This document shows, piece by piece, positions 1 through 9,372 of a stretch of 24,086 nucleotides of DNA. The notes under the pieces were generated by a model. The model was not told where the DNA came from. It did no database searches and was given only the letters and a program-made list of their open reading frames with translations. Source of the DNA: Nitrososphaeraceae archaeon (GTDB lineage Archaea > Thermoproteota > Nitrososphaeria > Nitrososphaerales > Nitrososphaeraceae); assembly GCA_035297365.1 (NCBI GenBank), contig DATGZA010000052.1, forward strand, positions 1 through 24,086, read 5' to 3'. Within the stretch, counting starts at the first letter, position 1. Each line of letters begins with the position of its first letter. The position numbers and the translations under genes were made by a program.

Positions 1-349
1 CAAGGATATGTAAAATATTTTTGAGATATTTGGATGTATAGTATTTGAAATAATCGAGTTATCTATTCTTGTTCGTACATGGATATTACTATTACCAATA
101 AAGAAGAATGTATGACTTGGTCTCATCTATTATAATAATAAATAGTAAAAAGCGATTTAAAGAATTATTGCAAGATACTTGCATAAAAAACGTGTGGTAT
201 TATTGTCAATAGAATTTTATAGATAGATGGATAGATTATAGTACTAATTGATATAGATAGTCTTTGCATATACAGTGATCATTATATTTATATAATTTTA
301 GAACTGTTAATTTTAATTTTAATAAGGTATTATCGGAAATAAAAAAAAT

Positions 350-487
350 TTAGTGACCGTGTCCACAGCCACAACCTGTATGTTCATGTCCTTGACTTTC
401 TATACAAGAAGGACAAAGAGCAACATTATTTTCAGACATAAAGGAAACACCACATGATGTACACTTTAATTTTTGAATCCCTTCCAT
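350..487 (-). CDS. 45-aa zinc-ribbon microprotein with His/Cys-rich C-terminal tail (not in ORF track)
   Basis: Manual translation MEGIQKLKCTSCGVSFMSENNVALCPSCIESQGHEHTGCGCGHGH*. Two CxxC motifs, a TATA-like TTTTAATA about 25 nt upstream of the ATG, and an oligo-T run right after the stop. Confidence 0.8.
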   Translation of the reverse strand: MEGIQKLKCTSCGVSFMSENNVALCPSCIESQGHEHTGCGCGHGH

Positions 488-1185
488 ATTTTATATTAAT
501 TTTTATCCTTATTAAAACGTTAGGAAGTTCTATGATTTTTATCCTTTATATACAAGATCTAAACATGAGGCTCATCAAAATTAAATAGGATTCATTCTTT
601 TTTACAAATTACTCGTGAATATTTAAAAGAAATAACACAAGGCTATTGAAATAGATATATATAATCTAATATGTTTATGTTTATGTTTGCGCGACCAAGA
701 ATTGTTTTTATTCCTAAAAGATTATCATACTTATCACATGCTTCCTCTTATAATCAAAACCTGATTTCAACAGAATAATGTAATAAATAAATCATCAGAT
801 ACACGTAATAGGATCAATTTTCTGAGTATCAAAAAGAACTGGCGTGTGACCACACAACAAGATCTTATCAAATAAGAAGATAAAAGATCTACAGATCACG
901 TCGCATCAATAGTCAAGAAAACAATAACTAAATCTACATAACCTTGCTTTGATATGAGTAGATGATACAAGAGGAGAGATGCAGTGTTTTTTTAATCAAA
1001 TCTATTTAATTATCATTTCAAATAATGATATTGCCTAAGGATTCAAAGATCAATGAAGATAATAAATTTACTGATATTTTATATAATTTAATTGACTTTA
1101 TTATTTCACATAATGGCACTACCAGTAGTTTTTACCAATTATTTAAAACTTTTAAATTTAATATAAAGTAAACAATAGGTTATCA

Positions 1186-2034
1186 ATGAAAAGACGAAAA
1201 GTCGTGATAGTAACGGGGGCATCAAGTGGAATAGGATTTGAAACCGCTGTAATATTAGCTAGAAACGGTTTCATCACATATGCAACCATGAGAAATCTAG
1301 GTAAATCTTCAAGACTATCAGAACTATCAATTAAGGAAAAAATAGACATAAAAATTAAAAAACTAGATGTCAACGATGAAACTGGAATAAGGAAAACCAC
1401 TGAACAAATAATATCTGAAACAGGGAGAATTGATGTACTTGTAAATAATGCAGGATATGCTATTTTCGGGGCACTCGAAGAAACCTCTTTGGATGAAATA
1501 AGAGAACAATTTGAAACGAACTTTTTTGGACCTGTGAGGACAATCAAGGCGGTACTACCAATAATGAAAAAGCAAAATGGTGGCATGATAATAAATATAA
1601 GTTCTATGGTAGGCAAATTTGGTGTACCTTTCAATTCTGCCTACGTGGCTAGTAAATTTGCATTAGAGGGAATCACGGAATCTATAAGATATGAATTACA
1701 TGATTATGGTATTAAAATTATTTTAGTAGAACCTGGCATAATCAAGTCAAATTTTTTTCAGAATGTTAAACTATCAAACAAATCAACTTCTAACTATTCC
1801 AAATTATTAAAAAAGAGAATGGATGGCATAGAAACTATGTTAAAAAAAGCTTCAAATCCAGTGAGAGTAGCTGAAACAATACTAAATATAATTAATTCTA
1901 CAAATACAAATATACGATATCTTGTCGGTCATGATGCTGAATTCATGATAAAATTAAAGAAAAATACGACAGAAGAAGAATTTGAAAACTTGTTGAGAAA
2001 AACTTTTTCAAGTGGTAAAGGATATATGAACTAA
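1186..2034 (+). CDS. Short-chain dehydrogenase/reductase (classical SDR)
   Basis: TGASSGIG Rossmann motif, NNAG, catalytic S...YVASK, 282 aa. Confidence 0.95.
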   Translation: MKRRKVVIVTGASSGIGFETAVILARNGFITYATMRNLGKSSRLSELSIKEKIDIKIKKLDVNDETGIRKTTEQIISETGRIDVLVNNAGYAIFGALEETSLDEIREQFETNFFGPVRTIKAVLPIMKKQNGGMIINISSMVGKFGVPFNSAYVASKFALEGITESIRYELHDYGIKIILVEPGIIKSNFFQNVKLSNKSTSNYSKLLKKRMDGIETMLKKASNPVRVAETILNIINSTNTNIRYLVGHDAEFMIKLKKNTTEEEFENLLRKTFSSGKGYMN

Positions 2035-2904
2035 TATTTTTACTAGAAAAAAATAAAAAATTGCCAATACAAATAAGTACGACAATAAATTTTAGAATGT
2101 CAAAAAATAAAAGTTCAAGAGGTATTGAAAGTGTTTTAGTCGTTTTATTCTTTTGTATACAATTATTAAATATATTTAAGAAAATGTACAATAGAGAAAA
2201 TATTAGTTGGTTTGGATAGTTTTTTCTGAAATTAACATATATTTTAATTAGATCAAAAAATCAACATGATTTAAAATCATCATCATCTTAATTAGTTCAT
2301 AAAATACCTATAACAAACACGCTAATATTAGCTGTTTTACAACTTGTTTCTATTAGAATTAATGGAGACTAAGGAATTATATTTATATAATAAGTTAGAC
2401 AAAAAATTGCAACTACAATAGCTGACCCAAATCTCAAAAAGATGGATTTGAATGAAATAAAATTAAAGTATTTAATGAATTGAAAGCTGTTAAAAAAAAG
2501 GATTAAGAGGAGAGAATGAATATCTGATAGAAATGTTAAATAGAACATTGTTGGTATCAGTCTTTCATCCAATTAAAATTGGTTCGCATACATGGGAGAT
2601 ATTCTATTTTGATCCTTATGAGAATTTTGCACAATATTGATAATTTTCAAATCTATAAATAATCAGATTCATAATTTGCTAATTTTTTTAAAAGATGAGT
2701 TTTCGAAGAATAAAGATCTATCTTGTTAATATGTCATATTTTGGTTATTATTTTTAAATCTATCAAAAAATAGTCTCGTGAAAATATTGAGGACTAGAAG
2801 AGATCAAATACGATCTTGATACCCCCACTCTCTCCCCGAAGTGATCCTATATTAAAATAACCAAAAAATTGAGATCTCATTGATTTGCGGGGTATTGAAA
2901 TAAA

Positions 2905-3237
2905 ATGATTGTAGGATTTGAAACTAATTTAGAAGAAATGGCAAATAAAGTGATTCTAGAATCAAAATCCAATACGAGCATAGAAGATCACAATCCTACT
3001 CATGATCAGTTTTTAAAACTCGAAATAGAGGTACTGCAATGGGTCTTGGATGTAAAAAGCAAACAAGATAATGATCTACATTCTTTGAAGAGAATAATTC
3101 AGGAAAGGATAATTAAACTGCACATAGAACTAGAAAACACTAGAAATATCTCGAACATTAACAAAATTTCATACATCATTAACATTTTGAAACCATGTTT
3201 GTTTATAATAAGTCTGAATTTGGGAGAGAAAGGCTGA
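2905..3237 (+). CDS. Hypothetical helical protein
   Basis: 110-aa ORF with protein-like amphipathic composition and GGGGT Shine-Dalgarno-like motif upstream; no family recognised. Confidence 0.65.
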   Translation: MIVGFETNLEEMANKVILESKSNTSIEDHNPTHDQFLKLEIEVLQWVLDVKSKQDNDLHSLKRIIQERIIKLHIELENTRNISNINKISYIINILKPCLFIISLNLGEKG

Positions 3238-3476
3238 GAAATTTTATTAAAAAATTATTAATCAAAGTCTTAGTCGAATCATTCAAAATAGCGCCTTTAA
3301 AAAATAAAACGTAAATTTAAAAATTAAAAACAAGCTATTAAATTAATATCAAAGTGCTAAAATTGAATGCCAGCAGTATTATTGAATATTGGTTAACGAT
3401 CCAGATGTTTGTGTAATATTGAATTTGGTCAAAAAATATAGGAAATTCTAAATCATCGTCAATATATTATATTATT

Positions 3477-4451
3477 ATGGCTATCACAAAACCTATGGTT
3501 GATTCATATGATACAGTAGTTAGTAGAAGAGGGGCTAGCGGTTTATTTATTGTTGGAATTGTTGTCATTATTATTGGATTTGGAATAGGATTTTTTTTAA
3601 TTGATGGTAATACAGTTGAAATCTTATCAGTAATAATAGGAATTATATTCATTATTTCTTCATTTATTTTTATAATCAAACAGTATGAAAGATCGATTAT
3701 CTTGAGATTAGGAAAATTTACTAAACAAAGAGATCCTGGTATCCATAGCAGAATTCCATTTATTGATAACGTACTTGTAGTAGATATAAGAGAAAAAGTT
3801 AGAGAATTTAATGCTGAGAGAATGTTGACAAAAGATAATGTTCCAGTCACAATCGATGCAATATTGAGATACAAAATTATTGAAGAGAGAACTAAAGATG
3901 CCATATTAAATGTAGAAAATTTTAATGAAATGATAAAACAGGTTTCACAAACTACTTTACGAAATAACATTGGTTCATCTTTATTTCAAGATATATTATC
4001 TAAAAGAGAGGAAATTAATTACCATATCAAATCCATAATATCAAATGAGGCAAGTAATTGGGGAATTGAAGTTACAGGCGTAGAGATTCGCCAAGTAATC
4101 ATACCACAAGAATTAGAAGCAGCCATGTCGAAACAAGCACAAGCTGAAAGAGAGAAAAATGCTAGGATTACATATAGTGAATCGGAGGTTCTAGTTGCAA
4201 AAAAATTCGACGAGGCATCCAAAGCCTATGCAAATAACCCAATTGCGTATGCATTAAGACAATCCAATATGTTATTTGAATCCATAAAAGTTCAAGGAAA
4301 CACTATAGTAATGGTGCCTTCAGAAAGCTTGAATTCTATGGGATTTGGAAATTTAGCAATGACTGTTGCATATCTAGAGAACACAAAAAAAGCTGCGACT
4401 ATCAAAGGACAAACAGAAAAGGATGTTGAAACAAATAAAATCAAAGAATAG
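3477..4451 (+). CDS. SPFH/band-7 stomatin-like membrane protein
   Basis: N-terminal hydrophobic segments, then QYERSIILRLGK, PGI..RIPFID, LTKDNV, QTTLR..IG, WGIEVTGVEI and QAQAERE coiled-coil motifs. Confidence 0.95.
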   Translation: MAITKPMVDSYDTVVSRRGASGLFIVGIVVIIIGFGIGFFLIDGNTVEILSVIIGIIFIISSFIFIIKQYERSIILRLGKFTKQRDPGIHSRIPFIDNVLVVDIREKVREFNAERMLTKDNVPVTIDAILRYKIIEERTKDAILNVENFNEMIKQVSQTTLRNNIGSSLFQDILSKREEINYHIKSIISNEASNWGIEVTGVEIRQVIIPQELEAAMSKQAQAEREKNARITYSESEVLVAKKFDEASKAYANNPIAYALRQSNMLFESIKVQGNTIVMVPSESLNSMGFGNLAMTVAYLENTKKAATIKGQTEKDVETNKIKE

Positions 4452-4477
4452 ACTGGTTAAATTTTATAATAAAAATT

Positions 4478-4756
4478 GCTGTATTGCATAATTCACTACT
4501 GCTAGCACATTTAGCTGATCTATTTTAGTCATATTATGGGAACTGGAGAAATTACAGAGTCTCTGGTAAAGAGGCGAGATATTACTTGATATTGACGTTA
4601 TTGATAACTAGCATATTGAATTAGAAAAGATGAACAAAAACAATGAAGGCCGAAAATGCGTATATCCAGATTTATTTATTTATCAAATTACTTGGTTATA
4701 TGATGATATATTTTCATTTACCAGATAGACAGACTGAAGGTGTAGTAAGAGCACAT
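4478..4756 (+). mobile_element. Decayed IS5-family (IS903-like) left end: putative IR plus 5' transposase fragment
   Basis: Allowing frameshifts and a stop, it reads NWRNY.ESLV.RGEILLDIDVIDN*HIELEKMNKNNEGRKCVYPDLF.IKLLGYMMIYFHLPDRQTEGVVRAH, matching the NWxxYNxxLxxRG...F.LP.RQTEG N-terminus of IS903-type transposases. GCTGTATTGCATAATTC at 4478-4494 resembles an IS903-type IR. Confidence 0.8.
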
Positions 4757-4815
4757 CAAATTGGTTCGGCATATACCACAAATTCAAATATACCCTACTT
4801 GTATTCATTTTAGTC

Positions 4816-5799
4816 TTGTTCAAGGATCTTTCAAAAAATAGAATAGATAATAAAAAGCCGCGAAAGGAAGGTTTGACTTACATTATAGACAAACTATCAT
4901 CACTTGATAAAGATACATTTGAAATTTTATCACCAGAAATAGATATGGTAAAAATTTACAATGTATTTCCATTATTAATGTCAGAATCTCAATTAGCAAA
5001 ACGAATTAACTTCTATCATGATTTTAATATTCTTGTATCTACAGGAAGCACATTTGCAGAATATGCAATAATGAATAAATCACTTGATAATTTTGTAAAG
5101 GATGTTTCTAAGATGGGATTTGACATCGTAGAGATAGGAGAAAGTCATGTAGATTTGACTCTTGAACAGAAAGAAAAAATCCGCAATATGGTATTATCCA
5201 ATAACTTAGAGATCCATTGGAAAATAGGAAAAAAGGATCCACGTCATCAACTTGGAGTAAGCACCATAATTACAAAGATAGATGAGGCAATAAAAGTTGG
5301 AGCAAATAAAATAATTTTAGAAGCGAATCAGGGATATAATGTAGGTATATATGATGAAAATGGTCTAGTAAAATGGACTTTTATTAGAGCCCTTACAGCT
5401 AAGTTTCCACCAAGTACATTTATTTTTGAAGCTCCTCTTGAATCTCAACAATCTGCATTATTAGCCGAATTTGGTGAGCGAGTAAATCTTTCAGAAATAG
5501 GAATAGAATTTTTGGCATCAATAGAATCACAAAGATTAGGATTTTTATCTAAATCAAGTTTCAGTTTAACATATCTTAAACCACCAGATGGTGGACCAGC
5601 ATTAAAGTTTGTGTATTATATAATCAAAAATAAAAATCCAATAGATCAAACAGAATTGATCAATCTAACTCATATGCCAAGAAGAACTGTTCAGAGTGCG
5701 TTGGATGAACTTTTATCTCAGGGTCTGATATCCGAAAGGTCAAGTTTAGATGATGCAAGAAAAAAAGTATATTACCCTATTCAATCTGATTGGCTTTAG
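4816..5799 (+). CDS. comA: Phosphosulfolactate synthase (ComA)-like TIM barrel fused to C-terminal winged helix-turn-helix
   Basis: KPRKEGLT, GFDIVEI, IGKKD, IFEAP..QQ..L..FG..VNL..I and ES.RLG are ComA-family motifs. About the last 72 aa (5581-5799) show a wHTH pattern (QTEL...MPRRTVQSALDELLSQGLI...DDARKKVYY). TTG start. Confidence 0.88.
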   Translation: MFKDLSKNRIDNKKPRKEGLTYIIDKLSSLDKDTFEILSPEIDMVKIYNVFPLLMSESQLAKRINFYHDFNILVSTGSTFAEYAIMNKSLDNFVKDVSKMGFDIVEIGESHVDLTLEQKEKIRNMVLSNNLEIHWKIGKKDPRHQLGVSTIITKIDEAIKVGANKIILEANQGYNVGIYDENGLVKWTFIRALTAKFPPSTFIFEAPLESQQSALLAEFGERVNLSEIGIEFLASIESQRLGFLSKSSFSLTYLKPPDGGPALKFVYYIIKNKNPIDQTELINLTHMPRRTVQSALDELLSQGLISERSSLDDARKKVYYPIQSDWL

Positions 5800-5999
5800 A
5801 TTTAGTTCTTCTTTTAGTACATAAATGAATAAAATATTAAGAGCAATATGAGATTAATTAGATTCTTTGAATTACAATCGCAATCAACAAGTATCCAAAA
5901 TGTATTATATAAAAAAATAAATAATGATTGTTATTTATCTGTGTTGACATTAAATTTTGTTTTGATCCACACACACCAAAATAAACCAACATGTAATCA

Positions 6000-6200
6000 T
6001 CAAAATATAATGTTCTTAAGTATTTTCATTTTTTTACAAATTGGGCATATGTCTCTGCGATTTTTATTTTTTAGTATTGTGGCAAACCAATAACAATAGT
6101 CGCAAAGTACAAATCGACAATCTTTTTTTTCATAATAACTTCTATTTTCAATTATGTATTTGTTCTGCAAAACATTTAAACTCTCAATATTTGATGACAT
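6000..6200 (-). CDS. Small zinc-finger protein (CxxC...CPxC)
   Basis: FVLCDYCYWFAT...ICPICK; starts 22 nt after the co-oriented upstream gene. Confidence 0.7.
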   Translation of the reverse strand: MSSNIESLNVLQNKYIIENRSYYEKKDCRFVLCDYCYWFATILKNKNRRDICPICKKMKILKNIIF

Positions 6201-6222
6201 TATCTATACAACCATAATCATA

Positions 6223-6873
6223 TTATGTTTTCTTCGCTTGACTAATTTGTAGAATGTTTGAATCTTTCAGGCTATCATTTGAAATCCTGCGAATTTCTTT
6301 TAGATATGCATCATATCTTATATTAAATCCATCCTTATTTATATCAAAATAGACGTCAATATTATTTGGTTCAGATATCATTGCCAGGAGCGTTAATAGT
6401 CTTCTAACATCATTATCGTTATTTATAATTGAGGGTTCAAATACTATAGAAGACAATAATGTGACTAAATTTCTACGAAGTCCAATAAGGTGGAATGAAT
6501 GAGTAAGGAATAATTTGGCATCAAATGTATCGCCTGCTAATGCGGATAAACAAAAATCAAATAATAGATTTTTCAAAGGAACTCCAGAACTATTCTTTTG
6601 TATTTCTCTATAACGTCTAGGATTTTCCACTAACTCTTCTATCCCTGAATCTTTCAGAAATTTATTAAGAAGTTTGATGATATCTCTCAGGCTAATAGTG
6701 TTGCTCCCGACATCTAGTATCCCTAGCCTAGTTGCTATTCCGTCTTTATCCGTAAAATTATATTTAGAATCTATAGATGTATTAGGAGGTAGTTCTCCAA
6801 TTCCTGAAATGTCTACTTCTATAGGTATAAATTCGATTAGTCTTTCTATTTCTTTGAATATTCCATGACTCAT
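6223..6873 (-). CDS. Hypothetical protein (216 aa)
   Basis: Long ORF with normal composition; contains an RLGILDVGSNTISL segment (see findings). Confidence 0.8.
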   Translation of the reverse strand: MSHGIFKEIERLIEFIPIEVDISGIGELPPNTSIDSKYNFTDKDGIATRLGILDVGSNTISLRDIIKLLNKFLKDSGIEELVENPRRYREIQKNSSGVPLKNLLFDFCLSALAGDTFDAKLFLTHSFHLIGLRRNLVTLLSSIVFEPSIINNDNDVRRLLTLLAMISEPNNIDVYFDINKDGFNIRYDAYLKEIRRISNDSLKDSNILQISQAKKT

Positions 6874-7347
6874 TGACTTGTCAATGTTAAATATGGTTTA
6901 TTTCATTTATTATTCTTAGGAAAGATGCAAGTTTTGGACAATATATGCAAATTAAAACAATTCAAATAACATTATTCATACTTTTCACTTAACATATAAA
7001 TATCCCATATTTTACTTATAAAAATATGTAATATTTGCATTATGATATATGTAATATATACATAATACTAAATAATTCTCTATAATAAATTTGTAGCATT
7101 GTAATATTCTAGGAATTGAATAACTATACAATGATGCATGTTTTAATATTTACTTTTTTGGAAAATATATTTTCTAATTCATTAAAATGGGAAGGATTAC
7201 CCTTTTCACCATAACAATAATCTAAAAAAATAAGCTATTAGACTCTATTAATGAACTTATGTCATTGGATGCCATTTTTACATATAACTGAATTTTTAAG
7301 CACATTTGAATTGAATTAAATATAATGAGATGTAATCAAAGGAAAAG

Positions 7348-8133
7348 ATGAACTGCAAAAATGATTATTCCAACCTGAAAGTATACCTGGATTTAAAAGA
7401 AGTATCTAAAAATTTTTTATATACAAATTCTAATATGATGAATGTAGTATTAGAAAATGTAAATGTTCAAATTTTAGATGGTGAATTTGTTACAATTATA
7501 GGGAAATCGGGTTGTGGGAAGACTACACTCCTTAATATAATTGCAGGTTTTGAAAATTCATTTGGTGGAGAAATACTACTTGATGGCCAGCCAATCCGAA
7601 ATATTAGTCCAGACAGGGTAATGTTATTTCAAGAATCTGCGCTTTTTCCATGGCTTACAGCCTTTCAAAACATAGATGTTGCCTTGAAAATGGCAAAAAT
7701 TCCAAAGGATCAAAGGGAACAAATAATAAAATACTACCTGAAGATTGTTGATTTAACGGATTATTCGCATTCCTATATTCATCAACTTTCAGGAGGAATG
7801 AAACAACGAGTCTCTCTGGCTAGGGCGCTTGCTTTAAATCCTAAAATTTTACTTATGGATGAACCATTTGCTGCTTTAGATATTTCAATTAAAAACTCTC
7901 TTTACAAAGAGCTTTTAGAGTTACATAAAAAAACTAGAAAAACAATTCTATTCGTAACTCACAATATTAACGAAGCTATATTATTAGGAGATAGGGTTAT
8001 ATTAATGTCTCCAAAATTATGCAGTATAAAGAAAGAGTATATTATTGATATTCCTAAAGAGGAAAGACTCAATAATCCAGATATCAAAAATTTAATTGAC
8101 CAAATTACCTTAGATTTATATGAAGATGAATAA
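7348..8133 (+). CDS. ssuB: NitT/TauT (sulfonate/nitrate) ABC transporter ATP-binding subunit
   Basis: Walker A GKSGCGKT, FQE.ALFPWLT, LSGGMKQR, LLMDEPFAALD, FVTHNINEA. Confidence 0.92.
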   Translation: MNCKNDYSNLKVYLDLKEVSKNFLYTNSNMMNVVLENVNVQILDGEFVTIIGKSGCGKTTLLNIIAGFENSFGGEILLDGQPIRNISPDRVMLFQESALFPWLTAFQNIDVALKMAKIPKDQREQIIKYYLKIVDLTDYSHSYIHQLSGGMKQRVSLARALALNPKILLMDEPFAALDISIKNSLYKELLELHKKTRKTILFVTHNINEAILLGDRVILMSPKLCSIKKEYIIDIPKEERLNNPDIKNLIDQITLDLYEDE

Positions 8134-8161
8134 ACAGAGTTGACGCTGGAGACTAGAAAGC

Positions 8162-8989
8162 TTGGAATCAAAAATACAACGTAGTAAAAAAAAATATAAT
8201 CTAAGTAAAAACATAATAAACAAGGATACATTAAGTTTAATAGTTTTTATCGTAGCTTTCTTAGCTCTATGGCAATTAGTTTACATGTTAGAAATATGGC
8301 CAAAAGTATCTCTACCATCTCCGTTTGCGGTAGGACAGACAATTGTAGATTTATTATTGGATTTCACATTAGTTAAAGGTACAGCAATTTCACTATGGAG
8401 GTTATTTTTAGGTTTTCTAATGTCTATTTCAATAGGACTAATTGTAGGTTTGATCATGGTCAAGTTTTTACATTTTGGAAAAACTATGAGTTCATTTGCT
8501 TTAGGTTTGCAGTCATTTCCAAGTATTGCTTGGATTCCATTTGCTATTTTATTAATAGGCTTTAATGATTATGGAATATTGTTCGTAGTTGTTATGAGTT
8601 CTGTTTTTTCAGTGATGCTCTCAACTTATAGTGGGATTCAAAATATTTCTCCAATATATATAAAAGCTGCCAAGAATATGGGTGCAAAGGGATTTTCATT
8701 ATTTAGATATGTATTGATTCCTGCTGCCACTCCTTCTTTGATTATAGGTATGAGGCAGGCATGGTCTTTTGCTTGGCATGCACTAATTGGTGCAGAAATG
8801 CTAATAACAACTCTCGTCGGATTAGGTCACATATTATCCGTAGGAAGAGAATTCTCGAATATGAGTCAAATAATTGCAACGATGCTGGTTATATTTGCCA
8901 TAGGTTTAGTTTTTGATAGATTCGTTTTTTCAAAAATTGAAGAAAAGGTACGGGATAGATGGGGATTAAATCAACAGATTGAACAATAA
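8162..8989 (+). CDS. ssuC: NitT/TauT ABC transporter permease
   Basis: LPSP, SLWRL..GF, P.IAWIP, EAA-like loop AAKNMGA, W..LIGAEM, GLG; several TM helices; follows the ATPase gene. Confidence 0.92.
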   Translation: MESKIQRSKKKYNLSKNIINKDTLSLIVFIVAFLALWQLVYMLEIWPKVSLPSPFAVGQTIVDLLLDFTLVKGTAISLWRLFLGFLMSISIGLIVGLIMVKFLHFGKTMSSFALGLQSFPSIAWIPFAILLIGFNDYGILFVVVMSSVFSVMLSTYSGIQNISPIYIKAAKNMGAKGFSLFRYVLIPAATPSLIIGMRQAWSFAWHALIGAEMLITTLVGLGHILSVGREFSNMSQIIATMLVIFAIGLVFDRFVFSKIEEKVRDRWGLNQQIEQ

Positions 8990-9005
8990 TATTTTTAAAG
9001 AATAT

Positions 9006-9154
9006 TAGATTTATTGCGTAATTAGCAACCATCTAAAAATCCAGGTGATTAAATATGTTTCATGGTAAAAACCAATATGGATTTTATAATATTCCCAGTT
9101 TTTAGTGCAGATTTTAGGAAAATTTTATCCATGGTTAATTACGCAATAGATCTA
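9006..9154. mobile_element. Putative MITE or long hairpin, 149 bp, with 19-bp terminal inverted repeats
   Basis: TAGATTTATTGCGTAATTA (9006-9024) and TAATTACGCAATAGATCTA (9136-9154) are 18/19 reverse-complementary. The interior appears non-coding. Confidence 0.55.
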
Positions 9155-9372
9155 TTCATTTACTAATAATAAGGGGCTAATAAATATAATATTAGATATG
9201 ATCTTGATAACATTATGTCAGGATAACAATAAATTATGTATATAAAATAAATTATTTGTTTTATTTATCATGGAATTTGATATAGACACATATATTGAAA
9301 ATAATAACTTTATCATATATTATCTTATTATTTGCAAGATTGTTTGCCACTTTTTTAGTTAGTTAATGGAAA

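Noticed and set aside
1141-1157. Short AT-rich palindromes (also 2266-2280, 7006-7028, 16542-16553)
   Set aside because: Expected by chance at this AT content; no shared consensus.
1158-1634. Antisense ORFs overlapping real genes (also 3467-3970, 4019-4222, 6674-6868, 8281-8463, 9624-10184, 11705-12049, 16984-17456, 18813-19049, 20030-20251, 21268-22897)
   Set aside because: Shadows of well-supported genes on the opposite strand, with no motifs.
1943-2572. Two hydrophobic minus-strand ORFs (82 and 67 aa)
   Set aside because: F/I/L richness is expected from the antisense of A-rich DNA; one overlaps the SDR 3' end; no family signal.
2576-2591. AAATTGGTTCG shared with 4758-4768
   Set aside because: An 11-bp match in only two copies, with no consistent context.
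4816-5799. Complete coenzyme M biosynthesis cluster
   Set aside because: No comB, comC or comDE in the window, and the ComA motifs are diverged.
5848-6093. 81-aa plus-strand ORF
   Set aside because: Overlaps the better-supported zinc-finger gene on the minus strand.
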